Positions 42,355-53,264 of a DNA stretch of 64,000 nt are shown in pieces. Below the pieces are notes generated by a model, which was not told the DNA's origin, searched no databases, and was given only the letters and a program-made list of their open reading frames with translations. The first letter of the stretch is position 1. Every line of letters begins with the position of its first letter. The DNA is from an uncultured delta proteobacterium (lineage in GTDB: Bacteria; Desulfobacterota; Binatia; Bin18), in assembly GCA_963733195.1 (NCBI GenBank), contig CAVTCR010000017.1:1-64000 (forward strand). Direction: 5' to 3'. The position numbers were made by a program, and so were the translations under genes.

Positions 42355-43659
42355 ATGGCTGAAGAACGAAAAAAATCACCGGCACTGACCTCCATTCAAC
42401 AAGAGCTGCAAGAGGACATGTGGCTGTACCGCGGACAGCGAGTAGGGAAAAATGCCCGCTGGTTTGCTCTCTCTGCCGTTGCCCATGTGTTACTCCTCGG
42501 ACTCTTCGCCACGGTCTCGATGACGATCGCGCATAAACGCCAAGAGCTGGTGAAACTCGCGAAAGTCCAAGACCTGGCGCCTTCACTCGAAGAGCTGGAA
42601 CGGATGAGGAAGGCGCAAGCTGAGGAGAAAAAGCCTGAAGACTGGGAAGGTGAGCCTTCACTCAAAGACCTGCCAGGCGTGTTAACCATGGAGCAGTTGG
42701 CGCCGAAGAAAGCCTCGACGCCGGCTGGGCCGCCGCCGGAAGTGGGTAACGTCCAAGCCGTTCGTGCGCCGGTTATTCCAGTCGCGCCTCCACCGCCAAC
42801 AGCGAGATCACTTCCAGTAATTGAAGGACTAGGGCCGGGTGTCATTCAAGTAAACAACAACGGACGTGATGGTGCTGGCCAGCTCTCTAATCTTAATGCC
42901 ATCGGTGCGATCGGAGGAGCAATGGGCGGCCTCGGTGGTGCCGGTGGAGATTATGTTGGTGGGCTGCGCAAAGTCGGGCTTGATGTGGCTCTGGTGATCG
43001 ACGCGACCGACAGTATGCAGTTCGTGGCGGATTCGCTTAAATCTCGACTGCTCAAACTTATCGCTTCTCTCCACAAGATGGTGCCGACCACACGGATCGG
43101 TATCGTTGCGTATCGCGACAAGGGTGAAGAGTATGTCACCAAATGGGTCGATCTCAGCTTCTCGACCAGCAAGCTGCAAGATTTCGTCTCGAACCTACAA
43201 GCTGGGGGTGGTGGGGATTGGCCGGAAGCTGTGTTTGATGGACTCGAAGCCGCAGTCAATGATCTTAAATGGCGTAAAAATTCCAAGCGCGTCATCGTAC
43301 TTGTGGCAGGTTCGCCTCCGCATCCAGACAGCGTGGGCAACGTACTCGGGCTAGTGCAAAATTTTCAGGCCCAGGGTGGGATGGTGAGTGTTCTGGATAT
43401 GGCTGACAAAATGCACGAAGATTTCGAGCGTGCCATCTATAGAACCAGCTCGCAGCTGATCGCAAGTGAGTTCAAAGTCTCCCCGCTACCGGCATTTTAC
43501 CAGGAGTTCCGTAACACTATGTCGTCAATTGCTAAAGCTGGGGGCGGAGAATTCATCCCGCTCACTGAGGATAAAGCGCTGACGAAGCAGATTATCGTCA
43601 TGACGTTTGGCTCACGCTGGCAGACGGAGATGGCGAAGTGGCTGCGTGATTTGGAATAA
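42355..43659 (+). CDS. Membrane-anchored, Pro/Gly-rich, VWA-domain protein
   Basis: TM helix SAVAHVLLLGLFATVS, low-complexity linker, VIDATDSM, VAYRD and GGGDWPEAV. Confidence 0.85.
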   Translation: MAEERKKSPALTSIQQELQEDMWLYRGQRVGKNARWFALSAVAHVLLLGLFATVSMTIAHKRQELVKLAKVQDLAPSLEELERMRKAQAEEKKPEDWEGEPSLKDLPGVLTMEQLAPKKASTPAGPPPEVGNVQAVRAPVIPVAPPPPTARSLPVIEGLGPGVIQVNNNGRDGAGQLSNLNAIGAIGGAMGGLGGAGGDYVGGLRKVGLDVALVIDATDSMQFVADSLKSRLLKLIASLHKMVPTTRIGIVAYRDKGEEYVTKWVDLSFSTSKLQDFVSNLQAGGGGDWPEAVFDGLEAAVNDLKWRKNSKRVIVLVAGSPPHPDSVGNVLGLVQNFQAQGGMVSVLDMADKMHEDFERAIYRTSSQLIASEFKVSPLPAFYQEFRNTMSSIAKAGGGEFIPLTEDKALTKQIIVMTFGSRWQTEMAKWLRDLE

Positions 43660-43692
43660 GAGAAAAGCAACCGCGAGTGGTCACGGTGCGGT

Positions 43693-43721
43693 GTAGGGGC
43701 AGGTCTGCAACCTGCCCCTAC
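43693..43721. repeat. GTAG-type REP palindrome
   Basis: GTAGGGGCAGG-N7-CCTGCCCCTAC; core shared with 24157-24181. Confidence 0.65.
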
Positions 43722-43773
43722 CCTTCTATAAAGAGCGTGTGACAGGGCCAGAGTTTCGACAAGGAGAGTCGAA

Positions 43774-46192
43774 GTGCAACTGTTGGTGATTTTTTCCTTT
43801 CTCTGTTCACTGGTAGGGATCGTCTCGTTTCCGCAGACGAGCACCGCGGAAACCGTCGCAAGCTTGTTAGGACAAGCCCGCCAAGCCAGCGCGCAAGTAC
43901 GCGGGCTTAAAAACGGCAGTACCAGCGACAAGCAACAAGCGATTCAGATTCTCGGGCCGATTGCACTCAGTCTCGTTGGTGCTTCTGATCTTGCCTCGGC
44001 AGCGCAATCACAACGGGGAACAGTGCGAGAGGTCTACGAAACACTGAACGGCCCACTCGAAGACATTTACGAGGCTGCCTTTGCTGATATCAACCGGATG
44101 AGCAAGCGTGTCATGGATATCGATGGTGATCTTGAAGCCCTCTACGAAACCAGAGAATGGAAAGACGCTCAGCTTGTCGCTTCACAATCCCTCTATTTTC
44201 TCAATTGGTTGCGGTATATCGGTTCTTATGTCGTTGACGGCGGAAAACGAAAAGAACTGCTGCAGAAAGCTGCCGATGGATTCTCTGAATTTGCCGTTGG
44301 CCAACAGGGTTCGCAACTCAAACGTGAGAGTCTCTTTGGTCGTGCATTAGCAGAAAAGGACTTGCGACAATTTGATTGGGCGATTCGTGATTTTGAGTTG
44401 CTCTTGCAGGAGCCCAACCTGCCTAACGACATGGAACGCAAGGTGCGTGCGAGTCTCGCCGACGCCAAGGCTAGAAAAGCACGCGGGGGGAATCAGAAGG
44501 ACGATGATAGTAATGCCCCAGCGCCGCCGACCCCTGAAGACATTGCTAAAGCGTACTTAGACAAAGCAAGAAGTTTATTCGAACGTCGCCGCAAAGAAAC
44601 TGGGGCGACACGGGAGAAGACCCTTCTCGAAGCACTCGCGTATGCTGAGGAGGCGAAAAAGAAAAGCGACAAACTCAAAGGCCCTGCGGATGCATTGATA
44701 AAGGAAGAGCTGACTCCTGAAGAAACCGCTATGCTTGAGGAGGAACGGAATCCGTTTCCCCAGTGGAAGGAAGCGACCGAACTCTTACGCGCGAACAACT
44801 ATGCGCAAGCGGTTCCTCTTCTCAAAGAGGTAGTAGCGTCGGGCGACCCACGAGCCACTGCCCATCGTCGGGATGCCCTGTATTTTCTCAGTGCCGGTCT
44901 TTTCCAGCAGGGCGAATATCGCCAAACGATCGAGCGTGTTGATGAATTCTTTGGCAATGACGGTGCTCCGGCACGCTACGGTGCTGATGCGGCGTATCTG
45001 CGTTTCAAAGCTGCTGAGAAAATCTATTCTAGTAGCAAACCGCCGACCGAAGAGAATACCAAACTCTATGTGACAACGACAAAAGACTTTATCCGTCGCT
45101 ATCCGACGCACAAATCGATCTTTGAGGCGTACTTTCGTCTCGGCGAGTACGAACAGAGCAAGGAAAACTACCTGGGAGCGGTGGACTACTATCAAAAAGT
45201 GACAGGTGATGTACCGTTCCGTGTACGGGCAGACTACGCGTCTTTGCAGAGCTATTCTGCGCTCCAAGAAGCGATTGATGAGAAGAAGCCAGTTCCTATT
45301 GCCGAGAAAGATTTGCGATCGCGGATCGGGGCGAGCTTGCAATCGTTCTGGAAGAACCTTGCTGTCCTCGATCAAAACCCCGCCCAAGCACAGCAGATCA
45401 AGGACCTCAAAGAATGGCGCGGAAAAGCAACCTTCATGAACGCCGTTTATCTTGGCAAGGATATGGACGCGAACGCGACTGCGCTTGTGTCCTTGTTACA
45501 AGATTTTGAGAAAAAATATCCTGAACAGAAAGATGCCTTTGAGTCAGTTGCACGTACACGTCTTATTGTTCTGCAAAAGACGGGACGGTACGCTGAACTA
45601 GAGAAGGAAACAGAGCGAATTTTTGCGACCTACAACGGCGAACAGCAGCAGGAGTTGGTAAAAGGACTGAATCAGGTACTGACTTCAGACATCAAACGAT
45701 TGGAAAAGGGCGGCGACAAGGAGAAAGACAATGTACTCGTTGCCAAGCGTACCTTAGCACGATTGCATGCCGAACGTCTCAGACGTGGCGATGCCTTTGG
45801 GCCAGAGGAGTCTCCAGAGCAATTCAAGTATGATTTGGCTCAACTCTATCTTGACATTAAAGACTACGACAAGGCCGAGGCGATCTACCAAGAACTACGA
45901 CAAGGTGCATACTCTCTCGCGGCACTGGCCGGATTGGCACAGATCGCCGATGTGAAAGGGGATACAAATCAATCTTTCGCCTTATGGAGTGACTTACTCA
46001 AAGAGGCAAAACCGGACGAACCTGCATGGTTTCGTGGCACCTATGGCGTTGCTCAACTCCAAGCCAAGCAAGGTAACAAAGAGCAATCGTGCAAAACTAT
46101 TAGTGAGGCATTTGTGCAGGATTAGCCAACTGAGAGACGCCGGTCTGAAAAAACGGATTCAAGAGCTATCGTTGCAGAGTTGTAAGAAGTGA
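43774..46192 (+). CDS. Large exported TPR protein (probable frameshift near 46120)
   Basis: Signal peptide and TPR-like helical repeats. ORF stops at 46125, and an alternate frame continues to 46192 (..QSCKK). Confidence 0.78.
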
Positions 46193-46310
46193 GTGCGTAA
46201 AACGTGATACGTAAGACATCGAGAACCGGGAGGAGTGGTTACGTTTTACGCATTTTCTAGTCGGTAAACGCTCTTTCCCTCTTCCACAGACTCCTATAAA
46301 TATAGCGCCT

Positions 46311-46973
46311 ATGTCAACAGAACCAATCTCCGGGGGATTGTGGTTTTTCATTGTCAAAGGCGGACCGGTGATGATTCCCATCATCATCCTGTCAATTGTT
46401 GCGCTCACGATCATCTTCGCAAAATTCTGGGAACTCTGGCGGTTTCGCCTTCGTCTCAACAACTTAACGAATAAACTCTACAATCTTGTACAAGATGGTA
46501 ATATCTCTGGCGCACTCAAGGCTAGTCGCGAGGATGCAACAGCACTGGGACGTGTATTTGAGAGTGCAATTGTCCATCGCACGCAAGAGCGCTCTGAGTT
46601 GACACGCCGGTTGGAGCGGTTTGGTGGTGATGTGGTCGCTGACCTGGAATCGTATATGGGTGCGCTTGCTACCATCATCGGCGTTGAACCGATGCTGGGT
46701 TTTCTCGGCACTATCGTTGGCCTCATTAAGGCGTTTATGAATTGGGAAACGATGGGTGATCGTATTACCATCAACCTATTAGCTGGTGGTATCTATGAGG
46801 CAATGATCACTACGGCCGCAGGGCTTATTGTCGCCATTCCTTACTATCTGATTTACAACCACTTAGTTACGAAAGTCGGTAAGCTTACGCGGCTGACCGA
46901 AGAGCGGACGGAAGAGTTTGTTGATTTGGTCACAGACATGAATGTCAAGGAGCCGGTTCGTCATGCGCTTTAA
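46311..46973 (+). CDS. MotA/TolQ/ExbB proton-channel protein 2
   Basis: KGGPVMIP, PMLGFLGTIVG and GIYEAMITTAAGL motifs. Confidence 0.93.
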   Translation: MSTEPISGGLWFFIVKGGPVMIPIIILSIVALTIIFAKFWELWRFRLRLNNLTNKLYNLVQDGNISGALKASREDATALGRVFESAIVHRTQERSELTRRLERFGGDVVADLESYMGALATIIGVEPMLGFLGTIVGLIKAFMNWETMGDRITINLLAGGIYEAMITTAAGLIVAIPYYLIYNHLVTKVGKLTRLTEERTEEFVDLVTDMNVKEPVRHAL

Positions 46974-47382
46974 ACGGCAGAGTAAGCTCATGTTCAGTAT
47001 GGAGTCAGTGGCGATCACTGACATCATCATGAACATGTTCATCTTCTTCTTCATCACTTTCAGTTTTCTTGCCTCGTTCAATAAATCAAGAGAGGGCCAA
47101 GTCGATGTGAACCTGCCGAAAGCGACCTCGGCCTCTCCGCCGATCGAGCGCAAGAGCCTCACAGTGAGTCTAACCAAAGAGGGAGGTCTCTTTCTCAACG
47201 ACGCGCCAATTTCCCTTGAGCAGCTCAAAACTCGCATGCAAGAAGAAAAAGGCCAAGCTGTAGAAGTAACGCTTGTGGTGCGAGCCGATAAAGAAGTCCA
47301 GCATGGTCGCGTCGTCGAGGTCATGGACATCGCTCGTAACGAAGGACTCAATCGCCTGGCCATCGGGGCGCAAGCGCGATAG
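46963..47382 (+). CDS. ExbD/TolR protein 2
   Basis: AITDIIMNMFIFF, VNLPKA and RADKEV motifs. Confidence 0.9.
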   Translation: MRFKRQSKLMFSMESVAITDIIMNMFIFFFITFSFLASFNKSREGQVDVNLPKATSASPPIERKSLTVSLTKEGGLFLNDAPISLEQLKTRMQEEKGQAVEVTLVVRADKEVQHGRVVEVMDIARNEGLNRLAIGAQAR

Positions 47383-47470
47383 AAGAGAGGGAAAAGGGGA
47401 AACGGAAGAGCACGAAGAGTAACTTTTTTTCTCCCTTTCGCCATTTACCCTTTTCGCCTTTTCCCCTGAT

Positions 47471-48379
47471 ATGCAAACTGCGTGGCAACAACAGAACCTT
47501 ACTGCTATTACTCACCGTCTTGCCGCTGTGAAACGACTACCGGCTGGCATCCTCTTTGAGCGTAAGTCGCAGTACAATCACATCATCGTCCGTAAGACCT
47601 CAGAGCAACTCTTACTTTGTTATCGTCACGAGCGGCATCGTACTGAGGAAGTGGAATCGCGGCTTGATCCGGAGAATCCGCTCGCGTTACTGTCGGATTA
47701 CACACAAGCCATGCTGTTGGCGTTGGCGTGGCAATCCGCACCGCAACGGGTTCTATTACTAGGACTTGGTGGTGGCCGTTTGCAGATGGTGCTGCATCAT
47801 TACCTCGAACACCTCGAACTCTACACCGTAGAACTCGATCCTCTGGTTGTCGAAGTAGCTCAACGTTTCTTTGCCTGGGAAACGGACCCACGCCAGCATC
47901 TGACGGTGAAAGACGGACGTGATTATCTGCGCGGGTTTCCTACTGAAGCACCATATGATGTGATTCTGCTTGATGCCTTTCAAGTGAGCGGTATTCCCGT
48001 GCATCTGTGCACACGCGAGTTTTTTGCTGAGTGTCGTGAGAATCTTACTCCAGAGGGGATCGTTGCAACCAATCTCCACATCTCCACCTCGATTTACGAT
48101 TCAATCCGTAAAACTTTTGCAGCAGCGTTTCGTTCGACCACTGCGTTTCGTTTGCTCGGCGGCAATGTGGTGGTAGTTGGTAGCGAAGCCGAGCGATTAA
48201 CATTACCAGAGATTCGCGAGCGCATAGCCGCCGTGCAAGAGCGGTACGGATTTAATTTTGCCTTGCCCGAACTCGCGCGCCGCGAAGCTTCCGGTGCGTC
48301 CTATCGTCAGAGTGCGCCGATCTTGCGTGATGCGTATACGCCAATGGGGGAAATGCCTCCTCCGACTACGCGACGGTAA
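47471..48379 (+). CDS. Spermidine synthase-like SAM-dependent transferase
   Basis: LLGLGGG, VELDP, DGRDY and LDAF motifs. Confidence 0.8.
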   Translation: MQTAWQQQNLTAITHRLAAVKRLPAGILFERKSQYNHIIVRKTSEQLLLCYRHERHRTEEVESRLDPENPLALLSDYTQAMLLALAWQSAPQRVLLLGLGGGRLQMVLHHYLEHLELYTVELDPLVVEVAQRFFAWETDPRQHLTVKDGRDYLRGFPTEAPYDVILLDAFQVSGIPVHLCTREFFAECRENLTPEGIVATNLHISTSIYDSIRKTFAAAFRSTTAFRLLGGNVVVVGSEAERLTLPEIRERIAAVQERYGFNFALPELARREASGASYRQSAPILRDAYTPMGEMPPPTTRR

Positions 48380-48403
48380 CCGTCTAACACTTGAGACTCG
48401 AAA

Positions 48404-50114
48404 TTACTCCCCACCCTTTGCCAACACCTCTACTACTGGCACCGGTTTCTCTTTGCCCTTGACCGCCATTGTCGCTGTCCGTCCGAGCGTGAATTCTGGG
48501 CCGAGATGCGAGGCGGTCACTTCCGAAATGACAATCGTCGTTTGCAGCTCTTTGGTAAGCCCTTCAATCCGACTTGCCAAGTTCACCGGATCACCTATTA
48601 CTGAATATTCGACACGTTTGTCTGGACCAATCAGTCCAGCAACGACTTCACCAGTGTGAATACCGACGCCAATGCGGAGGACAGGGAAATCCTGTTCTTG
48701 TAACCGAACGTTGAGCGATCTAAGCCGTTCTACCATCCCTAATGCCGCTCGTACTGCTCGTGCAGGACTATCAGGGTACTCGTTTGGTGCACCAAAGAGT
48801 GCCATCACACCGTCACCTGTAAATTGATTGACGACCCCACCTTCGGCCTCGACGGCTGCGACCATCTCGGTGAAAAACTGATTGAGCATACGGACCAATA
48901 TGGCCGGATCAGTCCGCTCACTAATGGTGGTGAACCCACGAATATCCTGGAAAAGAATACTTATCTCACGACGTTCGCCAGCCAGGGGCACGTGTCCACT
49001 GAGTACAGCGTTCGCAATATCCTGTGAGACAAACCGACCGAAGGTGTCTTTGATCTTCTCTCGTTCTTCGAGTCCGCTGACCATCTCGTTGAATGAGGCA
49101 CCAAGAAACCCGATTTCATCTTGTCGTTTGACTGCAATTCGCTGGTTGAAGTTGCCCTGGAGCACTTGCTGCATACTTTGTACTAAGGTCTGAATCGGTG
49201 CGGTAATTCCGCTGGTAAGCCCACCGCCAAGCACTAATGCGCCAAGCAGCGCCGCAAGCCCGACTCCGGCGATTCGCCACCGTAGGCCGGCTAACGGTGC
49301 AAGCGCGGCGTCGTACGAACGCTGCACCAGTGCGTAGAGCGGTGAAGGAAGCTGCGATTGAATCGGGACCAGCAGAGACAAGAAACGCTCCCCCTTCAAG
49401 CTGAGCAAAAAAGTCTGGTCTGGTGGGTGCTGGAAAATCTCCGCTGTGGGCCGCTGACCCGGTGTCAGAAGTTGTCGTTCGGTCGGTGGCCACGATGAGG
49501 AAAACAGTCGCTCTTGAGTAAGAAACGACACTTCAGACCCAGTCTGTTCTTTCAGTTGTTGCACAGTAATATCACCGATGCTCGTACCTAACAGGAGGAA
49601 GCCGATCACTCTGGGAGCGAGGATAGGTACGACCATGAACTGATAGAGGGCAGCGTCGACTTCGATGACCAGGACCACAGGTGAAGCGGCAGCAAATGCC
49701 TCTTCGAATGCCGGGAAGAATGGCGAGTTCTTTGCCACTGACGAACTTGCCGCTTGAGTCAGCAAACAGCACTCCAGTTTCATCGGTAATCCAGAGTACG
49801 TCTCCACCTGTGCGGTCACGATAATTCTGCGCGACAGAGAGGAGTGTCAAAGAATCCCGCGTCGCAAACGCCTTTTTGAGTGCAAAGTCAGAAGCTAACA
49901 ATTCTGCTTTTTCGAGCAGGTGTTCGGCGCGCCCTTTCATGGCGCGTCGAAACACTTGATCGGTGACTTGCAGCTCGCGCGTGAGGATTGATTGAACCTG
50001 GCGACTCACCATCAGTTGGGTGAGCCACAGAGTGAGAACCAACAACAAGAGGATCAGCGCTGAGAAGGCAAGAAAAATCTTCGTGCGTATCCGACTACGG
50101 GCCCACCATGTCAT
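48404..50114 (-). CDS. Membrane class III adenylate cyclase (TM, Cache-like, TM, HAMP, CyaA), frameshift near 49712
   Basis: FQDIRGFT, FTGDGVMALFG and GDPVNLASRIE motifs plus HAMP DEIG. N-terminal half lies in overlapping ORF 49572..50114. Confidence 0.88.
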
Positions 50115-50788
50115 CGAGACCCTCGTTGCCCACTGATCGCAGGACGTTCCTGCGCCGGTTTCAAGCTGAGAGTAAAGGTTAGCTCGGGTGTGGCTTCATC
50201 GATCCGTATTTGTTGGGTGGTGTCTGCTATTTTGCCGCGACTACGCTCATGCCACGACACCAGGGAATAGGTACCGGGTGGTATGTCAGGCAGGACAAAC
50301 CGGCCGTTTGCATCTGTGGTCGCATAATAGGGAGACGGAACGACCAGAATAACGGCTGACATCCAATCATGGATGTTGCAGCCGACATCGACGACGCCGG
50401 GTTGATCAAAGGCAACGGATGGCTTTGCCTCGCCTTTGTAAAGCGGGAGGTCGAAGCTCTTAGCGCGAGAGAAAGAGTATACATGATGGTGAATCTGATC
50501 ATGATTTGGGAACTGGACCTCGGTCCCAACAGGTATTGGCAGAAGATTTGGGACAAATTGTTTATCTATTTGATCCAGGGTCGCTGTGCGATGAGCTGCT
50601 GGTTTTGCTCCGCCCGATGCTGGGGTCTGAACAAAGACGACGGCCTGAGGAATGCCGGTTCCTTGCTCGTCAACGACCTTGCCTTTTACTTCTGCAGCTT
50701 GGGTAACAGAGACACAACTCATGAACACAGCAACAACAATGATGGTCCACTGCCAGCGCGACGTCCAAGATATAACAAACTGTTCCAT
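50111..50788 (-). CDS. Exported cupredoxin-like protein with carboxypeptidase-regulatory-like domain
   Basis: Signal peptide, FPNHDQIHHHVYS and GCNIHDWM (H..C-x2-H-x2-M). Confidence 0.8.
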   Translation of the reverse strand: MEQFVISWTSRWQWTIIVVAVFMSCVSVTQAAEVKGKVVDEQGTGIPQAVVFVQTPASGGAKPAAHRTATLDQIDKQFVPNLLPIPVGTEVQFPNHDQIHHHVYSFSRAKSFDLPLYKGEAKPSVAFDQPGVVDVGCNIHDWMSAVILVVPSPYYATTDANGRFVLPDIPPGTYSLVSWHERSRGKIADTTQQIRIDEATPELTFTLSLKPAQERPAISGQRGSR

Positions 50789-50790
50789 AA

Positions 50791-51975
50791 TTAATAGCGA
50801 AAGCGGTAACTTAGTTGCCAGCCGCCATCGGACGGATCAAAGCGAACCGGCATCGTCCGGTGACTATCAATAAACATATACTCGAAACCGACTCTATGGG
50901 AGAGACCAAACTCAAACAAATATGCCACGGTGAATGCGTCACCGTTTTCACGATACGACGGTGGACCATCAGTATCATCCGTGCGAAAGTTATCGTAGCG
51001 CACGCTCAATCGATGTCCTTGATAGTGGACAGAAAGAAGTACATAAAAGGCATGGAGCAGCACATCACAATTGCTGGCGCGACTCTGAGCGCTGCCTCCG
51101 AGATACTGGGCAAGAAGATCGATATTCGCCAACGGATGGAGGACCGCACCGACAGTACCGAAGCGCGTGCTCCATACTCCGAATGTGTCTTGATCGCCAA
51201 GATTGTCAAAGTAGCCGAGACTCAGCTCTCCTCGGTTGCGAGAGTCGCTCACGCTGAAGCGAGTATACAATGCTGGTCGATAATCGCGCTCGTCAAAAAC
51301 CGATACGGGGTCTGTGTTACCGCCGTGTGCGTGTGGGAGATCGTTGTTCACACCGCTTTGGTAATCACTCAACACCCAGCCACGCGGTACGAGTAAGCGG
51401 GCCATCTGGTCCGGGCCAAAACCTGCTCCCGCGAGCACTCCGAAACGTAAGCCAGACAGTGTCGTTCGCCACCACTCTCCTTCTAGACCAACCACGTACA
51501 CTTCTTCCCACAACCACGTATTGAGTGCAGAAGGTGTGAGGGTGTACTGCGGAGTCCATGCTGGCCCCACATGCTCAAGGGAGAAGGGATTATTCATCAC
51601 TCCAGCCTGGAGCCCCCACCCTTTAGCTGGGACTCCCCACTCTTTGCGGAGAATCGCCTCAATCAACAAAGGGCGGTCAACATCAATATCAGTTTCAGCA
51701 TTGAGTTGTGCACGGGCGCTGATACCCCAGGGCAGAGTTGCGCCTAGTTCTACCGAAAGCTGAGAGAATGCGAGGCGAGTTGAGCGTTCCCCGTCCTGAA
51801 GAGAACCTGTTCCTCCATAGCGACTTTTACCGATGCCCATCCCTTGATCTGTCCAACTTGAGGCGCGGCCGCTGCGAGCGATACGGACATCCACAAGGCC
51901 GCGAACCCAGACTGGCCACTTCTCTTCAACATCGTATTGTCCCCAACTCACGGCTGGGACAGTACACCACAACAA
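50791..51975 (-). CDS. Predicted outer-membrane beta-barrel protein (start uncertain)
   Basis: Amphipathic aromatic-rich strands and C-terminal WQLSYRFRY beta-signal. Confidence 0.7.
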   Translation of the reverse strand: MLWCTVPAVSWGQYDVEEKWPVWVRGLVDVRIARSGRASSWTDQGMGIGKSRYGGTGSLQDGERSTRLAFSQLSVELGATLPWGISARAQLNAETDIDVDRPLLIEAILRKEWGVPAKGWGLQAGVMNNPFSLEHVGPAWTPQYTLTPSALNTWLWEEVYVVGLEGEWWRTTLSGLRFGVLAGAGFGPDQMARLLVPRGWVLSDYQSGVNNDLPHAHGGNTDPVSVFDERDYRPALYTRFSVSDSRNRGELSLGYFDNLGDQDTFGVWSTRFGTVGAVLHPLANIDLLAQYLGGSAQSRASNCDVLLHAFYVLLSVHYQGHRLSVRYDNFRTDDTDGPPSYRENGDAFTVAYLFEFGLSHRVGFEYMFIDSHRTMPVRFDPSDGGWQLSYRFRY

Positions 51976-52154
51976 CAGTGACTGAGACGTAGCAGACGCA
52001 GCGGATCATGGTACGTTTGACTCCACCTGTACTTTGGCAAGAACCATTCTGCCTGCTTCGCGTGCTTCCCGCCAGGCTACATTTTCGAAGATGATTGTGG
52101 TCGGATGAACGATTTTCCTTCCCAATGTATCTCTCTTTGTATATACTTCTCTAG

Positions 52155-52451
52155 ATGGACGGGTTCGAGTGGGATGAGGTGAAGCGGCTGGCCAACATCG
52201 CGCGGCGCGGTGTGGACTTTGAAGATGCGGCCCTAATTTTTGAGAACCCTGTCCTTGAGGCCGAAGACGGACGCACCGCCTACGGCGAAAAACGGTTTCG
52301 GGCGCTGGGGCATGTGGACAAGGACTACTTTGTCGTGACGTACACATGGCGCGGCGACACCCGGCGCATCATCAGTGCGTGGAAGGTAGGCAAACGTGGC
52401 CAAAGAAGATATACGGCGCTTCTCACTAGCGGAACTCAAGGCAAGGCGTAA
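52155..52451 (+). CDS. BrnT-family toxin
   Basis: FEWDEVKRLAN, YGEKRF and RRIISA motifs. Confidence 0.92.
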   Translation: MDGFEWDEVKRLANIARRGVDFEDAALIFENPVLEAEDGRTAYGEKRFRALGHVDKDYFVVTYTWRGDTRRIISAWKVGKRGQRRYTALLTSGTQGKA

Positions 52452-52680
52452 GAAGGGACTGACCAAGACGCGCCCGGACGCGCCAGAGATTGAGCTTGAC
52501 GAAGCGTTCTGGAAAAGCGCCCGTGTGGTCCTGCCGGGGGAGCACAGGAAGAAGCTGGTCAGCTTGCGGCTTGATAGTGAGGTATTCGACTGGTTCAAGA
52601 CACAAGGCCGTGGCCATCTTAGCCGTATGAGCGCCATTCTCCGCGCTTATATGGAATCTCACCGGGAACAGCGTCCTTAA
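52396..52680 (+). CDS. BrnA antitoxin
   Basis: VSLRLDSEVFDWFK..ILRAY; overlaps brnT. Confidence 0.92.
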   Translation: MAKEDIRRFSLAELKARRKKGLTKTRPDAPEIELDEAFWKSARVVLPGEHRKKLVSLRLDSEVFDWFKTQGRGHLSRMSAILRAYMESHREQRP

Positions 52681-52686
52681 CACGCT

Positions 52687-52805
52687 ATGATGAACGACAA
52701 CCGGAAAACACCGCACTTCTCTTGAAGTGGAGAAGCTACTGGCAGTCGTAAAAGGAGCTCGGCACGAAGCCCGCGACCGCTTGCTCCTGCTGTTGTTACT
52801 GACGC
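52687..52805 (+). pseudogene. N-terminal remnant of a FimB/FimE-like tyrosine recombinase
   Basis: DNRK..TSLEVEKLLAVVKGARHEARDRLLLLL, truncated before the catalytic Arg. Confidence 0.55.
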
Positions 52806-52868
52806 ACTTCTGACACGGTTCGATTCCTGTTTCATTGGGTTTCTCTATGAGGAGTCATCCCACTTGCC

Positions 52869-53245
52869 TCATCCGCTCCTCAGAGGTGCCTGTGGAAGAT
52901 CTGTGCGAGGCAACAGAACTGCAATATCCCCCAGACTGCGCACACAAGCCTGGAGAAGTATGACGCCACGATTGACGTGTGCACGGAAATAGTCCGGTAC
53001 CCGCGCGAGATCTACGCCATCTCGCCGGCAGCGTTCTTTCAGTAAGGCAACAAAGAGATCATCGTACTCCCCAAGCAGGGTATAGCGATTAAACTCCCGT
53101 TCCTCTTCAGGGTATTCGTTAGGATCTGGCAAAGACGGCTCGGCCAGGGACAGGCAAAACCCAATCCGGCATAAGAGGTTTGGCGTGAGACCGGTACGAC
53201 CAGCGAGAAAGCGTAATCGATTCGAGGCGTCTTTATTGAGTCGCT
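52869..53245 (-). pseudogene. dndE: DNA sulfur-modification protein DndE, lacking its native start
   Basis: The frame of ORF 52869..53132 extends upstream as RLNKDASNRLRFLAGRTGLTPNLLCRIGFCLSL; also EFNRYTLLGEYD and FRAHVNRG. No start codon before the upstream stop. Confidence 0.8.
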
Positions 53246-53264
53246 CCGTTGCGCTTTGTCTATT

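Noticed and set aside
41258-47382. Canonical Tol-Pal or TonB uptake locus
   Set aside because: No TolB, Pal, TonB_C domain or TonB-dependent receptor is recognisable.
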